Below are positions 18,101 through 26,430 of a DNA stretch of 64,000 bases, in pieces (the first letter of the stretch is position 1; each line of letters begins with the position of its first letter). The notes under the pieces are model-generated. The model did no database searches and was not told the origin of the DNA. It saw only the letters and a list, made by a program, of their open reading frames with translations. The position numbers and the translations under genes were made by a program. This DNA is from Eubacteriales bacterium. Lineage in GTDB: Bacteria > Bacillota > Clostridia > Oscillospirales > SIG627. The stretch lies in the NCBI GenBank assembly GCA_045536965.1, contig JAZSON010000029.1, forward strand, positions 72,052 to 136,051, in the 5' to 3' direction.

Positions 18101-20396
18101 CTATGGCAACGCCAAATTCACCCTCAAAGACTGGAATGCTGCGTATGCAGGCAATGTAACCGATAGAAAAGCCAACCAGCAGACCATCAATCTTTATTTT
18201 GAAGATTGCGATGCCGAAGTGACCACAAACCATCAAAACACACCCCACCAAGCTACAATTGCTACCTCCAAAGGCGCCACCCTCGGCGATGACTATTACA
18301 ATTCTTCTGTCAGCGGTGCCAACACTATCTATTATTACAGTGCAACCAATCCCAGTGGTATTTCCTCTATTTCCTTGAAGAACAGTAATGTCGAATTCGT
18401 TAACCCCTTGTATGTCAGATCTGGCGCAGGCGTCAGCTTCTCGCAGGATGAAAACTCCTCTTATGTCGGTAACATCTACGCTACCAAAGATACCTTTGTC
18501 AAGGGTGAAGGCAATGTTTACACCCCCGTCGAAGTCACCCAAGTGCTTTCGGGCATGGGCGTGAAAGGCCAAGCGATCTCTACTTGCTTTAACGGCGAAA
18601 AATGGGTAAGAACCTATGCCTTTAACTATGAAACGGGCTATGATAGCGTGAAAATCGATGGCTCCTTCGGCGGCTTTGCAGGCAACCGTATCGTTCTGTC
18701 CGATGCACTTCGCGGCCAAGTAGTCACCGATGCAGGCAAAGAACTCACCTTCTTCGGTTGGAATATCGATGGCAAATTCTACGATGCAGGCGACGGCTAT
18801 GTGCTGGGTGAATCCGATGCAACTGCCACGGCAGTTTGGGTTCCCGCCATCTTCGTGGATCCCACCTATGCAGGCGGCAACTCCGATGGTTCCAAAGCAA
18901 AACCCTTCGTGAAAGTTGCAGATGCGTATGCAGCCCTGAAAACCCTCCTTGCTTCTTCGGATGCTGTGGGCGGCGCTGTATATCTCCTTTCCGATGCTGT
19001 GATGGATGCAGAACCCGACACCTCTTTTGCTCCTGTTTCCAACATTCCCAGCCTCGAGGATGCAGGTAAACCCGTTCTCTTTACCGCAGCGAATAAAACC
19101 ATTAAGTTCACCACCGATAACGAAAGCTACTCCAACACTCTCCATTTCCTCGGTTCTGTGATGTTTGATAACCTCACCCTCCGTGTGAAGGGTACCACCT
19201 TTATCAGACTTACGCCCGCCAAGGACGCTTACTTTGGCCCGAATTTTGCTTTTGAACAACCCAGCGGTTACAGAGTCGTTTATCTGGATGGTCAAAACCA
19301 AAATGTTGAAGAAGTAACCTACAAAATTTATAACGGCACCTTCTCTCTCGTTTGCTTTGGTTCCAACTTTACCAAAACCACCTATGCCAAGCAAAACGTC
19401 TATGTGGGTACAGGTGAATCTACCTCTGCTCCCACAGTGTCCAACCTCTTTGCAAACACGATTGCCACATTCGTCAATGCAAAAGTTGAATTGCGTTCGG
19501 GCACCGTGACCAACGCCATCCTCGGCACAAACTACGGCAACGCTGCTTACAGCAATGCACAGCCTTTCGGCGAATGGATTTACGTTGTCTACAACGGCAT
19601 GAACATCGGCAACATCCGCGATGCTTATTCCGATGGCGCAAATCAAATCCCCGCAACGACAACTTATTGCGCTAACCTTACGAGAACCCTGATCTTCGAT
19701 GGTTACAAAGGCAACATTGCATATAACCACTTTGCCAATACCAACGAAACCGTTGTCAACGGTATCAATAACGTTTCCTTTATAGGTGGCGCACAAGTCA
19801 ACTTTACAACTAACGATGTAGTTGTTACCTCCGGCTCTGTCTACGTCGAAGAAGGCTCTTCCTACACCGGCAAAGCCATCAAAGGCAGCTGCATCCATGA
19901 AGGAAACGAAGTGCAGGTTGCTTTGACTCCCGCAAATGGACTCAACACTTGGAACAGCGATAAGGATCACACCTGGACCACCGATGTTTACGGTGCAGCC
20001 CTCGGCGCACAGATCCGTGTCGAAGCTCCTTACGGTATTCGTTTCGGCTTCAATGGTTCCACCACCGCTCTCGAAGCTATGCTCGGCCAAGCCGTTGCTG
20101 AAAAAGGCGTCCTGATCATCCGTGATTCCATGTTGGATGGCGCTTTGACCCTTGACACCGAAAACGTTTTGAAGATTGTCGCAAACAAAGCATACAGCTT
20201 GACCCAGTCTGCTGTCTTCACAGGCGTTTTGGTCGACACCCCCGATGCCGGCGCTTCTTCCAAAGCATGGCTGGAAACCTGGAAAGATGTTGATTTCACC
20301 GCCCGCGCTTACTTCAAACTGGCCGATGGCAGTGTGATCTACTCTAACAGCGATACCAACAGCATTGCGGCTATTTCCGCTTCGTTGGTCGGCTGA
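15183..20396 (+). CDS. Giant secreted multi-module protein (1737 aa): signal peptide, three beta-helix-cap modules separated by InlB-B/Flg_new-like repeats, conserved C-terminal domain
   Basis: AGGAGG SD and signal peptide MKNTNKRILSFVLSALMLISLLPAG. The motif YV(D/K)...G(S/N)D..GS...P(V/Y/F)K(T/S) recurs three times, at about 15298, 17241 and 18841. (F/Y)(Y/F/S)GW..(D/N)GK.Y..G......(T/A)ATA(V/T)W repeats are present. The ORF is uninterrupted. Confidence 0.9.
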   Translation: MKNTNKRILSFVLSALMLISLLPAGMMAGALDAMNATNTIYVDQAKGSDTNTGTESSPVKTIEKAVELLEAGDKTADGYIYLKSDYSQLYDGRGQRNFLDIMPTHTRNIIVTGNANKKPTWEMIIACSASTSAAYLKERHLAASGYIRNNGPLTLDVVKVNVKTDPNNLTTIALKMEYEFPAGHEFAGKKLAFKGGDYLYKKYDLAIDPNNAAYVIDVTDRTKENEVYPVRMNDLRWTTNAKFVATENCEVTYEDQADNSRLEADIPTTSSHVKEINYIYFQPYSNASLYGGFFGDGWVVGASATYDDEVILTIGSKDALKILRAPSADVPATTKVSYVFETPDVFNIPFYTSEKTNAPALKCEFSMVLKTTGVTYGTGASDIAELYTSYVDGFGTYNIVFDNPAETFDQNLLLPGYHSLYFKGIGGSLSFDFESLPQVGYKVIRIDEGDILDLQGTTVQREFMLDIVKAGKSFENDSFPVIYADDESVLDFITLTEEAEALGSLVYSEDDYAVYYTLDRGNVVYEKGDTDEDVEMPADSETVFAGENIIVSAPVNSTLENGKKFSGWKDAKGNIYQPGDSYMINSNGSVTLTATWGFPLSFVTGYEDAATPVTREDMFFVPGDRVALPNDLRASDEDKDGVYTLKTITDGGKDYVFYGWTIDGKFYHAGETIKTGTTAITATAVWIPAIYVKPSYAGNDSDGSKAKPYNSILKAQMAVRALFGADEGNEIPAASIVMMENTIWNWSYTETVPGHVGGVQDDGYTYYEKNSANANHPKLNTLGGSVLYTAISSDIEVLMYQYESLYFYIADDFMLDNLTYLVSATHSISRLYFTTTGRVLYMGPTVKCLKKNNNTQNVDTLYGLPLGSYSATVHQQYSYILFDVNLPDITAHIYGGEYTGLYMLYANAGTNTSYIGAPGTTGPTIAYTALGNTNNHPSAVWDYYQYSGNVKEFRFGVLSTANNIFRGTWNLHFYGNAKFTLKDWNAAYAGNVTDRKANQQTINLYFEDCDAEVTTNHQNTPHQATIATSKGATLGDDYYNSSVSGANTIYYYSATNPSGISSISLKNSNVEFVNPLYVRSGAGVSFSQDENSSYVGNIYATKDTFVKGEGNVYTPVEVTQVLSGMGVKGQAISTCFNGEKWVRTYAFNYETGYDSVKIDGSFGGFAGNRIVLSDALRGQVVTDAGKELTFFGWNIDGKFYDAGDGYVLGESDATATAVWVPAIFVDPTYAGGNSDGSKAKPFVKVADAYAALKTLLASSDAVGGAVYLLSDAVMDAEPDTSFAPVSNIPSLEDAGKPVLFTAANKTIKFTTDNESYSNTLHFLGSVMFDNLTLRVKGTTFIRLTPAKDAYFGPNFAFEQPSGYRVVYLDGQNQNVEEVTYKIYNGTFSLVCFGSNFTKTTYAKQNVYVGTGESTSAPTVSNLFANTIATFVNAKVELRSGTVTNAILGTNYGNAAYSNAQPFGEWIYVVYNGMNIGNIRDAYSDGANQIPATTTYCANLTRTLIFDGYKGNIAYNHFANTNETVVNGINNVSFIGGAQVNFTTNDVVVTSGSVYVEEGSSYTGKAIKGSCIHEGNEVQVALTPANGLNTWNSDKDHTWTTDVYGAALGAQIRVEAPYGIRFGFNGSTTALEAMLGQAVAEKGVLIIRDSMLDGALTLDTENVLKIVANKAYSLTQSAVFTGVLVDTPDAGASSKAWLETWKDVDFTARAYFKLADGSVIYSNSDTNSIAAISASLVG

Positions 20397-20411
20397 TAGG
20401 GAGGAGAAATC

Positions 20412-20531
20412 ATGAAAAACGTGTATGAATCTCCCGTAATGATTTCTCTGGAATTTTCGGAAGAAATCATGTCCATCAGTTTCGGTGATAACTATGGTTC
20501 GCTTCTTCCCGGTTGGGGAGAACCAAACTAA
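20412..20531 (+). CDS. Conserved 39-aa acidic small ORF, copy 2 (MKNVYESPVMISLEFSEEIMSISFGDNYGSLLPGWGEPN)
   Basis: GGGAGGAG SD. The ATG lies 15 nt after the TGA-TAG double stop of the giant gene. A terminator follows 17 nt downstream. Confidence 0.75.
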   Translation: MKNVYESPVMISLEFSEEIMSISFGDNYGSLLPGWGEPN

Positions 20532-20548
20532 ACCAAACCTAAAAGCCG

Positions 20549-20585
20549 TGAGGCGCACTTAGTTAAAAGTGCGCCTCATTTTTTT
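20549..20585 (+). terminator. Rho-independent terminator of cassette B
   Basis: Arms tgaggcgcac/gtgcgcctca followed by a 7-T run. Confidence 0.85.
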
Positions 20586-20781
20586 GTAAAAGATTTGCCG
20601 GTGCACGCCAACCATACAAAATCCTTTATGCAAAACCTACCCCAACCTCGTAAGGGAGGATACCATCTTCCCGATAATTTTGCATTTTACCCATTTGCAT
20701 CTTTGAAAAAAAGTTCTGCCATGAATCTTCAATTATGCAATTTATATAATTATGGGTGCTGTAATTTGATAAGTTTATCCA

Positions 20782-20810
20782 TTGACATCATGTGTATTGA
20801 ATGTTAAAAT
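20782..20810 (+). promoter_or_regulatory. Cassette C promoter
   Basis: TTGACA (20782-20787), 17-nt spacer ending TGt, TAAAAT (20805-20810). Confidence 0.6.
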
Positions 20811-20869
20811 TTACTTGGTATATTATAAATTATATGATGATATTACCAAAATTTTTAGGAGGATTTAAG

Positions 20870-23800
20870 ATGAAACACACAAACATGCGCATTCTCTCAT
20901 TTGTGTTGTCTGCTCTCATGCTTCTTTCTTTGCTTCCTGCGGGTATTCTTGCGGGTGCAGCCGATGCCATGAATGCAGAAAACACCATCTATGTGGATCA
21001 GGCCAAAGGCTCTGATGCTAATGATGGCTCCAAATCCAATCCCGTGAAAACCGTCGTAAAGGCTGTTGAACTGCTCGAGGCAGGCGACGTGACCGCCGAT
21101 GGTTACATCTATCTTGTCGGTGATTACACCGCTCGATATGTAGGTAAAAACCTTGCGGGAACTGCGTTTGGTTCCGTTATCGATTATCTCCCCGTGCACA
21201 CCCGTCATATCATTGTGACCGGTGACCCTTCCGACAAACCGACCTGGACTCTCCAGATTGCAGTTCCGGCGGGTTCGGGTTACCCCGATCGTCATGCACC
21301 GGGTTCTGCCTATTTGCGCACCAACGGACCTTTGACCTTAGATGCGATTGCGGTGTATGTTACAAATGATAAAACCAATCTCACCGTGTTTCCCCAAGAT
21401 CTTGAATACTCTATTACCGGCGGTACATTCGCGGGTAAAAAATTCAAGCTCAAAGCCGGTGAATATCTTTATAAGATCTATGATTTTGCCGAGGATCCTC
21501 AAAACAGCGGTTATGTAATCGATGTTACCGACCGTTCGTCCGATCCCGAAAAACAAATTAAATTCCCCGTGCGTATCAATGACTTCCGCTGGATTATCAA
21601 TGGTACTTTTACCAGTACGGCGAATTTCTCCTTGAGTTATGACAACGCGATCGATCCCGATCGTGCTGCTGCTACTTTGGTGACCAATACCACCGATAAC
21701 AGCAAAAATATCACTCAGATCTATACCATCCCGTTTGCCTCTGCCTCGTTTTACGGTGGCAACTGGGGTAGCTTGATGGTTTATTCCACCTCGTCTTACG
21801 GCGCTTCCTATTCCACCGATGATCTTGTTGTGACCATTGGTGAAAAATCGGGTATTGGTTCTGTTTATTATCCCAACAGCACCGTTCCCGCAACCGTTAA
21901 AAAGGTGACCTATGTCATCGAAGAAGCAGGCAGAAAGATCAGCAATCCTTTTTACCTCGCTACCACTGAACCTATCATCAACTGTGACTTTTATTTGCAC
22001 ATCAAAGCTTCCGGTGTGATTATGGGGGCTGGCGGTTTGACCGAAAAGTCTTATATTTCGGGCAAAGGAACCTACAATCTTATCATCGAAAATCCCGGTG
22101 AAAATTTTGACTCGTCCCTCTTGCTCTCGGGCTATCATTCCCTCTATTTCAAGGGAATCGGTGGCGCCCTTTCCATGGATTTTGAATCTCTTCCCGCAGT
22201 CGGTTACGAAATTATTCGTATCGATGAAGGCGATACCTTGGATTTGCAGGGCACCGTTTTAGAAAATAAATTCATCCTTGACATTGTCAAGGCAGGTGAA
22301 AACTTTGAAAATGACTCTTTTGAAGTCATTTATGCCGACGATGAATCTGTTCTCGACTTTATCACCCTCACCGAAGAAGCCGATGCGCTCGGATCTTTGG
22401 TATATTCCGAAGATGACTATGCCGTTTACTACACCTTGGATCGCGGCAATGTTGTCTATGAAAAAGGCGATACCGAGGACGAAATCAAAATGCCCGAAGC
22501 CTCCGAAACCGTTTTGGGCGGCGAAACCATTGTTTTAGGTGCGCCCGCCAAGACTGTTCTTGAAAATGGCAAGAAGTTCTCCGGCTGGAAAGATGAATTG
22601 GGCAGAATTTATCAAGCAGGCGATACCTTTACCATCAAAGTCAACGGCACCGAAACCCTGACCGCAACCTGGGGTATTTCCATGTCCTTTGTTACAGGTT
22701 ATGAGTCGGCAGGTGTTGTCAGACAAGATTTGTTCTATGTTCCCGGCGAAAGAGTAACACTTCCCTCCGATCTTCGTGCAGATGATCAGGATGGCGACGG
22801 TGTCTCCACCTTGAAGATCGTCACCGACGGCGGTAAGGACTATGTGTTCTACGGTTGGACCATCGATGGTAAGTTTTACCATGCGGGCGAGACCATCCAA
22901 ACCTCCGATACCCTCATCACCGCAACCGCTGTTTGGGTTCCCGCCATTTATGTCAAACCCACCTACGCAGGCGGCGATTCGGACGGTTCTAAGGCAAAAC
23001 CTTATACCTCCATTTTGGCAGCCCAAATTGCCATGAACAAGCTTTTTGGTGAAACCACCGAAGAGGATGTTCCGGGCGGCTCCATTGTTATGCTTGAAGA
23101 TACTGTTTGGAGCTTTAGCTATTTGCAAAACATCGGCGACACCCCCAACCCCGGCTATGTTGGCGGCGCGCAAGCCGATGGAAATGTCTATTATACCAAT
23201 ACCGGTGCTCAGGTTCTCATGAAGGCGCTCAAGAGAAATGTTCTTTACACGGCCATTTCCAATGATGTAAGAGTTCTGTTCTACCAGTATGAAGCAATTT
23301 ATTTCTACTCTGAAGGCGATTTCTTCATCGATAACCTTTCCTACTTCACCCGTTGCTATCATTCCATTCCGCGTTTGTATCTCCAATCACCCAATAAAGT
23401 TCTTTATATTGGTCCGACTGTCAAGACCGCATCGAGTTCTTCCGCTGCATCCTTTACAGCCGATGATTATCTCTATGCAACCCATTCCTCCGATGCTGTG
23501 AATACAGGCAAAGCCCCTGTTTATTCCAAATTCTTGTTTGATATGAATAAAGCGGGTTCTACCGCTTACATTCTCGGTGGTGAGCACGTCGGTCTTTACG
23601 GTGTTTACGGTACCAGTGGTGTTTATACCTCCTACATTGGCGCTCCCAATACCGATGGCCCGACACTTGATTACATCGCACTCGGTAACACAAACTCCAA
23701 GACAACCACCGATACTTGGAACTATTACCAGTATTCGGGCAATGTGAAAGAAATCCGTTTTGGTGCTCTTTCTAACTACGACTATATGTTCCGCGGTACT

Positions 23801-26113
23801 TGGAATCTTCATTTCTATGGAAATGCAAACATCAAACTTGATGATGCTGTAGCTAGCTATTATGGCAATACGTCCACAAGAAATCCCAACGCACAGATCA
23901 TCAACCTCTTCTTTGAAGATTGCAAGGCTACGGTAACGACCCTGCATGATAACTTGCCCCACCAAGCTACAATCGCTACCTCCAACGGCGCAACCCTCGG
24001 CGACGATTATTATAAATCGGTTGTCAGTGGCAATAACACCATCTATTATTACGACGCTACTGTTCCGAGTGGTGTAAATTCGATTTCCTTGAAGAACAGC
24101 CAGGTCAATTTCTCCACCCCCTTGTATGTCAAGTCGGGCGCAGATGTTACCTATGCTCAGGATGAAAAATCTTCCTATACCGGTAGTATCTACGCCACCA
24201 AAGACACCTTTGTCAGGGGTGAAGGCAATCGTTATACCGCTGTTGAAGTCACCGATGTCCTTGCAGGCATGGGTGTCGAAGGAAAAGTCATTACTGCTTG
24301 CTTTGATGGTGATAAGTGGAAGCAATCCTTCAGCATGAGCTATCAAACCGGTTATGACTCTGTTAAATTTGATGTCACCGCAGGCGGTCTTGCAGGTACT
24401 CGTCTGGTATTGTCCGATGCACTCCGTGGCCAAGTGGTTACTGATGCAGGCAAAGAACTGACCTTCTACGGTTGGAATATCAATGGCAAGTTCTACGATG
24501 CGGGCGATGCTTATGTACTGGGTGAATCCGATGTCATTGCCGCGGCAGTTTGGGTTCCCGCCATCTTTGTCGATCCCGCTTATGCTGGCGGCGATTCCGA
24601 TGGTAGCCGAACCAAACCTTTCGTAAGCGCTTTGGATGCCTATGCAGCTGCTGTTGCCGCTGAAGGTGATGCCATCGCAGTTGTTCTTCTCGCAAATGCC
24701 ACTATGACGCAAACCGCAGAATCTTCCTTTGACATGGTAGGCACAGCAACGGGCTTTGCCGATGCAGGCAAGAGAGTGCTTCTTACCGCTGTTTCAAGCG
24801 ATATCACTTTGACGATTGACAGCGGCAGCAGCTCCTCTTATGTCAGAATTTTCAACTCTATTATGTTTGATAACCTGACTCTCCATGCGACTACTTCTTC
24901 GGCGGCCTACATCCGACTTCTTCCCGCCAAGGATATTTACTTTGGCCCGAACTTTATTTTCGCCCAACCCACCGGCTTGAAGTATTTCGGTCTCGATGGT
25001 ATGTATCAGGAAGCTTCGGAAGTGATCTATAAGATCTACAACGGCGCCGTCAACTTTGTTTACCTCGGTACTTCCATTGTTTCTACCGAACAAACCAAGG
25101 CCAATGCATTGATTGGTACAGGCGAAGAAACTTCTAAGCCTGAAATCGACCTTGTATCCGTCAATACACTTTCGGCTGTCGTTTCTGCCAAGGTTGATTT
25201 CCGTTCGGGTATAATTAAGAGAGGAATGTTAGGTGCCACCAAGGGTGGTGCGGGCGATACCTCTTACGCCACCAAGCAACCTTCGGGCGATTTCATCTTC
25301 ACCGTTTATAGCGGTGTAACCGAATTGTGTCTTATGGATTCCTGGACAGGCGTCAACCCCGGACTTTCCTCTTATTGCGCCAACCTTTCCAGAACCCTTG
25401 TTTTTGACGGTTATGTCGGCAATGTTAAATACATCCACTACAGTGCAGCAAATGGTATTTTTGCAAACGGTATCGATAACATTGCGTTTATCAATGGTGC
25501 AAAAGTTAACTTTACCAACAATGATGTAGTCGTAGCCGCCCGTGCAAACGGTGTTGGCAGTGTCTATGTCGAAAGCGGTTCTTCTTACAGTGGTAAGGTC
25601 ATCAAAGGTGCCTACATCAACGAAAGTGCCGAAGCTTTTGTCGACTTTACCCCCGTTGTCGGTAAGATCAACGCGTTCAATGGTACTGCATGGACAACCG
25701 ATACTTACGGTGCAGCCCTCGGCGCACAGATCCGCGTAGAAGCCCCCTATGGTATCCGCTTTGGCTTTGTCGGTTCTAACGCCGCCCTCGAAGCTATGCT
25801 CGGTCAGGCTGTTGTCGAAAAAGGTGTGTTGGTTATCCGCAGCTCGCTGTTGGAAGGCAAACTCACTCTTGATACAGAAAATGTTCTCAAGATCGTTGCT
25901 GAAAAAGCCCATTCCTTGAAACAATACAACTGCTTCAACGGTGTTTTGGTCGATACTGCCGACGCAGGTGCTTCTTCGGAAGCTTGGTTGGAAGCATGGG
26001 AGAATGTTGACTTTACCGCTTGCGCCTACTTTACGTTGGCCGACGGCACTGTTCTTTACTCCAATAGCACCCAAAACAACATCGCAGGTGTATACGCTTC
26101 GCTGGTCGGTTGA
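20870..26113 (+). CDS. Giant secreted multi-module protein (1747 aa), paralog of 15183-20396
   Basis: AGGAGG at 20857-20862, then the ATG at 20870, gives signal peptide MKHTNMRILSFVLSALMLLSLLPAG. The ORF-track start at 20801 lies inside the promoter. The module order matches cassette B. Confidence 0.9.
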   Translation: MKHTNMRILSFVLSALMLLSLLPAGILAGAADAMNAENTIYVDQAKGSDANDGSKSNPVKTVVKAVELLEAGDVTADGYIYLVGDYTARYVGKNLAGTAFGSVIDYLPVHTRHIIVTGDPSDKPTWTLQIAVPAGSGYPDRHAPGSAYLRTNGPLTLDAIAVYVTNDKTNLTVFPQDLEYSITGGTFAGKKFKLKAGEYLYKIYDFAEDPQNSGYVIDVTDRSSDPEKQIKFPVRINDFRWIINGTFTSTANFSLSYDNAIDPDRAAATLVTNTTDNSKNITQIYTIPFASASFYGGNWGSLMVYSTSSYGASYSTDDLVVTIGEKSGIGSVYYPNSTVPATVKKVTYVIEEAGRKISNPFYLATTEPIINCDFYLHIKASGVIMGAGGLTEKSYISGKGTYNLIIENPGENFDSSLLLSGYHSLYFKGIGGALSMDFESLPAVGYEIIRIDEGDTLDLQGTVLENKFILDIVKAGENFENDSFEVIYADDESVLDFITLTEEADALGSLVYSEDDYAVYYTLDRGNVVYEKGDTEDEIKMPEASETVLGGETIVLGAPAKTVLENGKKFSGWKDELGRIYQAGDTFTIKVNGTETLTATWGISMSFVTGYESAGVVRQDLFYVPGERVTLPSDLRADDQDGDGVSTLKIVTDGGKDYVFYGWTIDGKFYHAGETIQTSDTLITATAVWVPAIYVKPTYAGGDSDGSKAKPYTSILAAQIAMNKLFGETTEEDVPGGSIVMLEDTVWSFSYLQNIGDTPNPGYVGGAQADGNVYYTNTGAQVLMKALKRNVLYTAISNDVRVLFYQYEAIYFYSEGDFFIDNLSYFTRCYHSIPRLYLQSPNKVLYIGPTVKTASSSSAASFTADDYLYATHSSDAVNTGKAPVYSKFLFDMNKAGSTAYILGGEHVGLYGVYGTSGVYTSYIGAPNTDGPTLDYIALGNTNSKTTTDTWNYYQYSGNVKEIRFGALSNYDYMFRGTWNLHFYGNANIKLDDAVASYYGNTSTRNPNAQIINLFFEDCKATVTTLHDNLPHQATIATSNGATLGDDYYKSVVSGNNTIYYYDATVPSGVNSISLKNSQVNFSTPLYVKSGADVTYAQDEKSSYTGSIYATKDTFVRGEGNRYTAVEVTDVLAGMGVEGKVITACFDGDKWKQSFSMSYQTGYDSVKFDVTAGGLAGTRLVLSDALRGQVVTDAGKELTFYGWNINGKFYDAGDAYVLGESDVIAAAVWVPAIFVDPAYAGGDSDGSRTKPFVSALDAYAAAVAAEGDAIAVVLLANATMTQTAESSFDMVGTATGFADAGKRVLLTAVSSDITLTIDSGSSSSYVRIFNSIMFDNLTLHATTSSAAYIRLLPAKDIYFGPNFIFAQPTGLKYFGLDGMYQEASEVIYKIYNGAVNFVYLGTSIVSTEQTKANALIGTGEETSKPEIDLVSVNTLSAVVSAKVDFRSGIIKRGMLGATKGGAGDTSYATKQPSGDFIFTVYSGVTELCLMDSWTGVNPGLSSYCANLSRTLVFDGYVGNVKYIHYSAANGIFANGIDNIAFINGAKVNFTNNDVVVAARANGVGSVYVESGSSYSGKVIKGAYINESAEAFVDFTPVVGKINAFNGTAWTTDTYGAALGAQIRVEAPYGIRFGFVGSNAALEAMLGQAVVEKGVLVIRSSLLEGKLTLDTENVLKIVAEKAHSLKQYNCFNGVLVDTADAGASSEAWLEAWENVDFTACAYFTLADGTVLYSNSTQNNIAGVYASLVG

Positions 26114-26128
26114 TAGGGAGGAGAAATC

Positions 26129-26248
26129 ATGAAAAACGTGTATGAATCTCCCGTAATGATTTCTCTGGAATTTTCGGAAGAAATCATGTCCATCAGTTTC
26201 GGTGATAACTATGGTTCGCTTCTTCCCGGTTGGGGAGAGCCGAGCTAA
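26129..26248 (+). CDS. Conserved 39-aa acidic small ORF, copy 3 (MKNVYESPVMISLEFSEEIMSISFGDNYGSLLPGWGEPS)
   Basis: Same SD, 15-nt spacing and terminator as copy 2. It is nucleotide-identical to copy 2 over its first 110 nt. Confidence 0.75.
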   Translation: MKNVYESPVMISLEFSEEIMSISFGDNYGSLLPGWGEPS

Positions 26249-26265
26249 ACAAAACCTAAAAGCTG

Positions 26266-26300
26266 TGAGGCGCACTTATTAAAAAGTGCGCCTCATTTTT
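26266..26300 (+). terminator. Rho-independent terminator of cassette C
   Basis: Arms tgaggcgcac/gtgcgcctca followed by TTTTT. Confidence 0.85.
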
Positions 26301-26343
26301 CTTTTAACGCCTCATCCTAACCGATGGTATGATGAGAATTGTA

Positions 26344-26372
26344 TTGACAATACTTGCTTTTAGTGATACACC
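26344..26372 (+). promoter_or_regulatory. Cassette D promoter (weak -10)
   Basis: TTGACA (26344-26349), 17-nt spacer ending TGa, TACACC (26367-26372). It overlaps the small hairpin acaccaa-tac-ttggtgt. Confidence 0.4.
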
Positions 26373-26430
26373 AATACTTGGTGTAGAGTAATTTATCTAA
26401 ACCAAAACAAACCATTCAGGAGGACTCACG

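Noticed and set aside
15477-20558. Very long minus-strand ORFs inside the giant genes (15477-17804, 17838-20558, 23387-24712, 25229-26275, 13502-14314, 27898-29178, 21338-22138, 22535-23386).
   Set aside because: They are antisense to ORFs with clear signal peptides, SDs and paralog conservation. They lack SDs and have low-complexity, Gly/Ile/Val/Asn-rich translations. They simply mirror the codon composition of the plus-strand genes. The shared N-terminus MRLTAFRF... of two of them is just the reverse complement of the terminator and sORF.
20801-20869. ORF-track start at 20801 for cassette C (MLKFTWYIINYMMILPKFLGGFK...).
   Set aside because: This extension overlaps the -10 hexamer and the 5' UTR. 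The ATG at 20870 has an AGGAGG SD and begins the signal peptide shared with all the paralogs.
14801-26248. The sORF as a lasso-peptide or other locally matured RiPP precursor.
   Set aside because: There is a YxxP-like N-terminus. But there is no Thr at a plausible -2 position and no Asp/Glu at core position 7-9 relative to a Gly/Ser/Ala/Cys start. There are no Cys residues for sacti-, ranthi- or lanthipeptide chemistry. No cyclase, protease, RRE or radical-SAM genes lie anywhere in the 64 kb. I keep it only as a remote possibility needing genome-wide data.
15183-26248. Polymorphic toxin / immunity interpretation (a giant exoprotein with a C-terminal toxin followed by a small immunity gene, plus orphan cassettes).
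   Set aside because: The C-terminal ~140 aa are conserved among all four paralogs rather than polymorphic. The small ORF is nearly invariant and only 39 aa. No recognisable toxin or pre-toxin motifs were seen.
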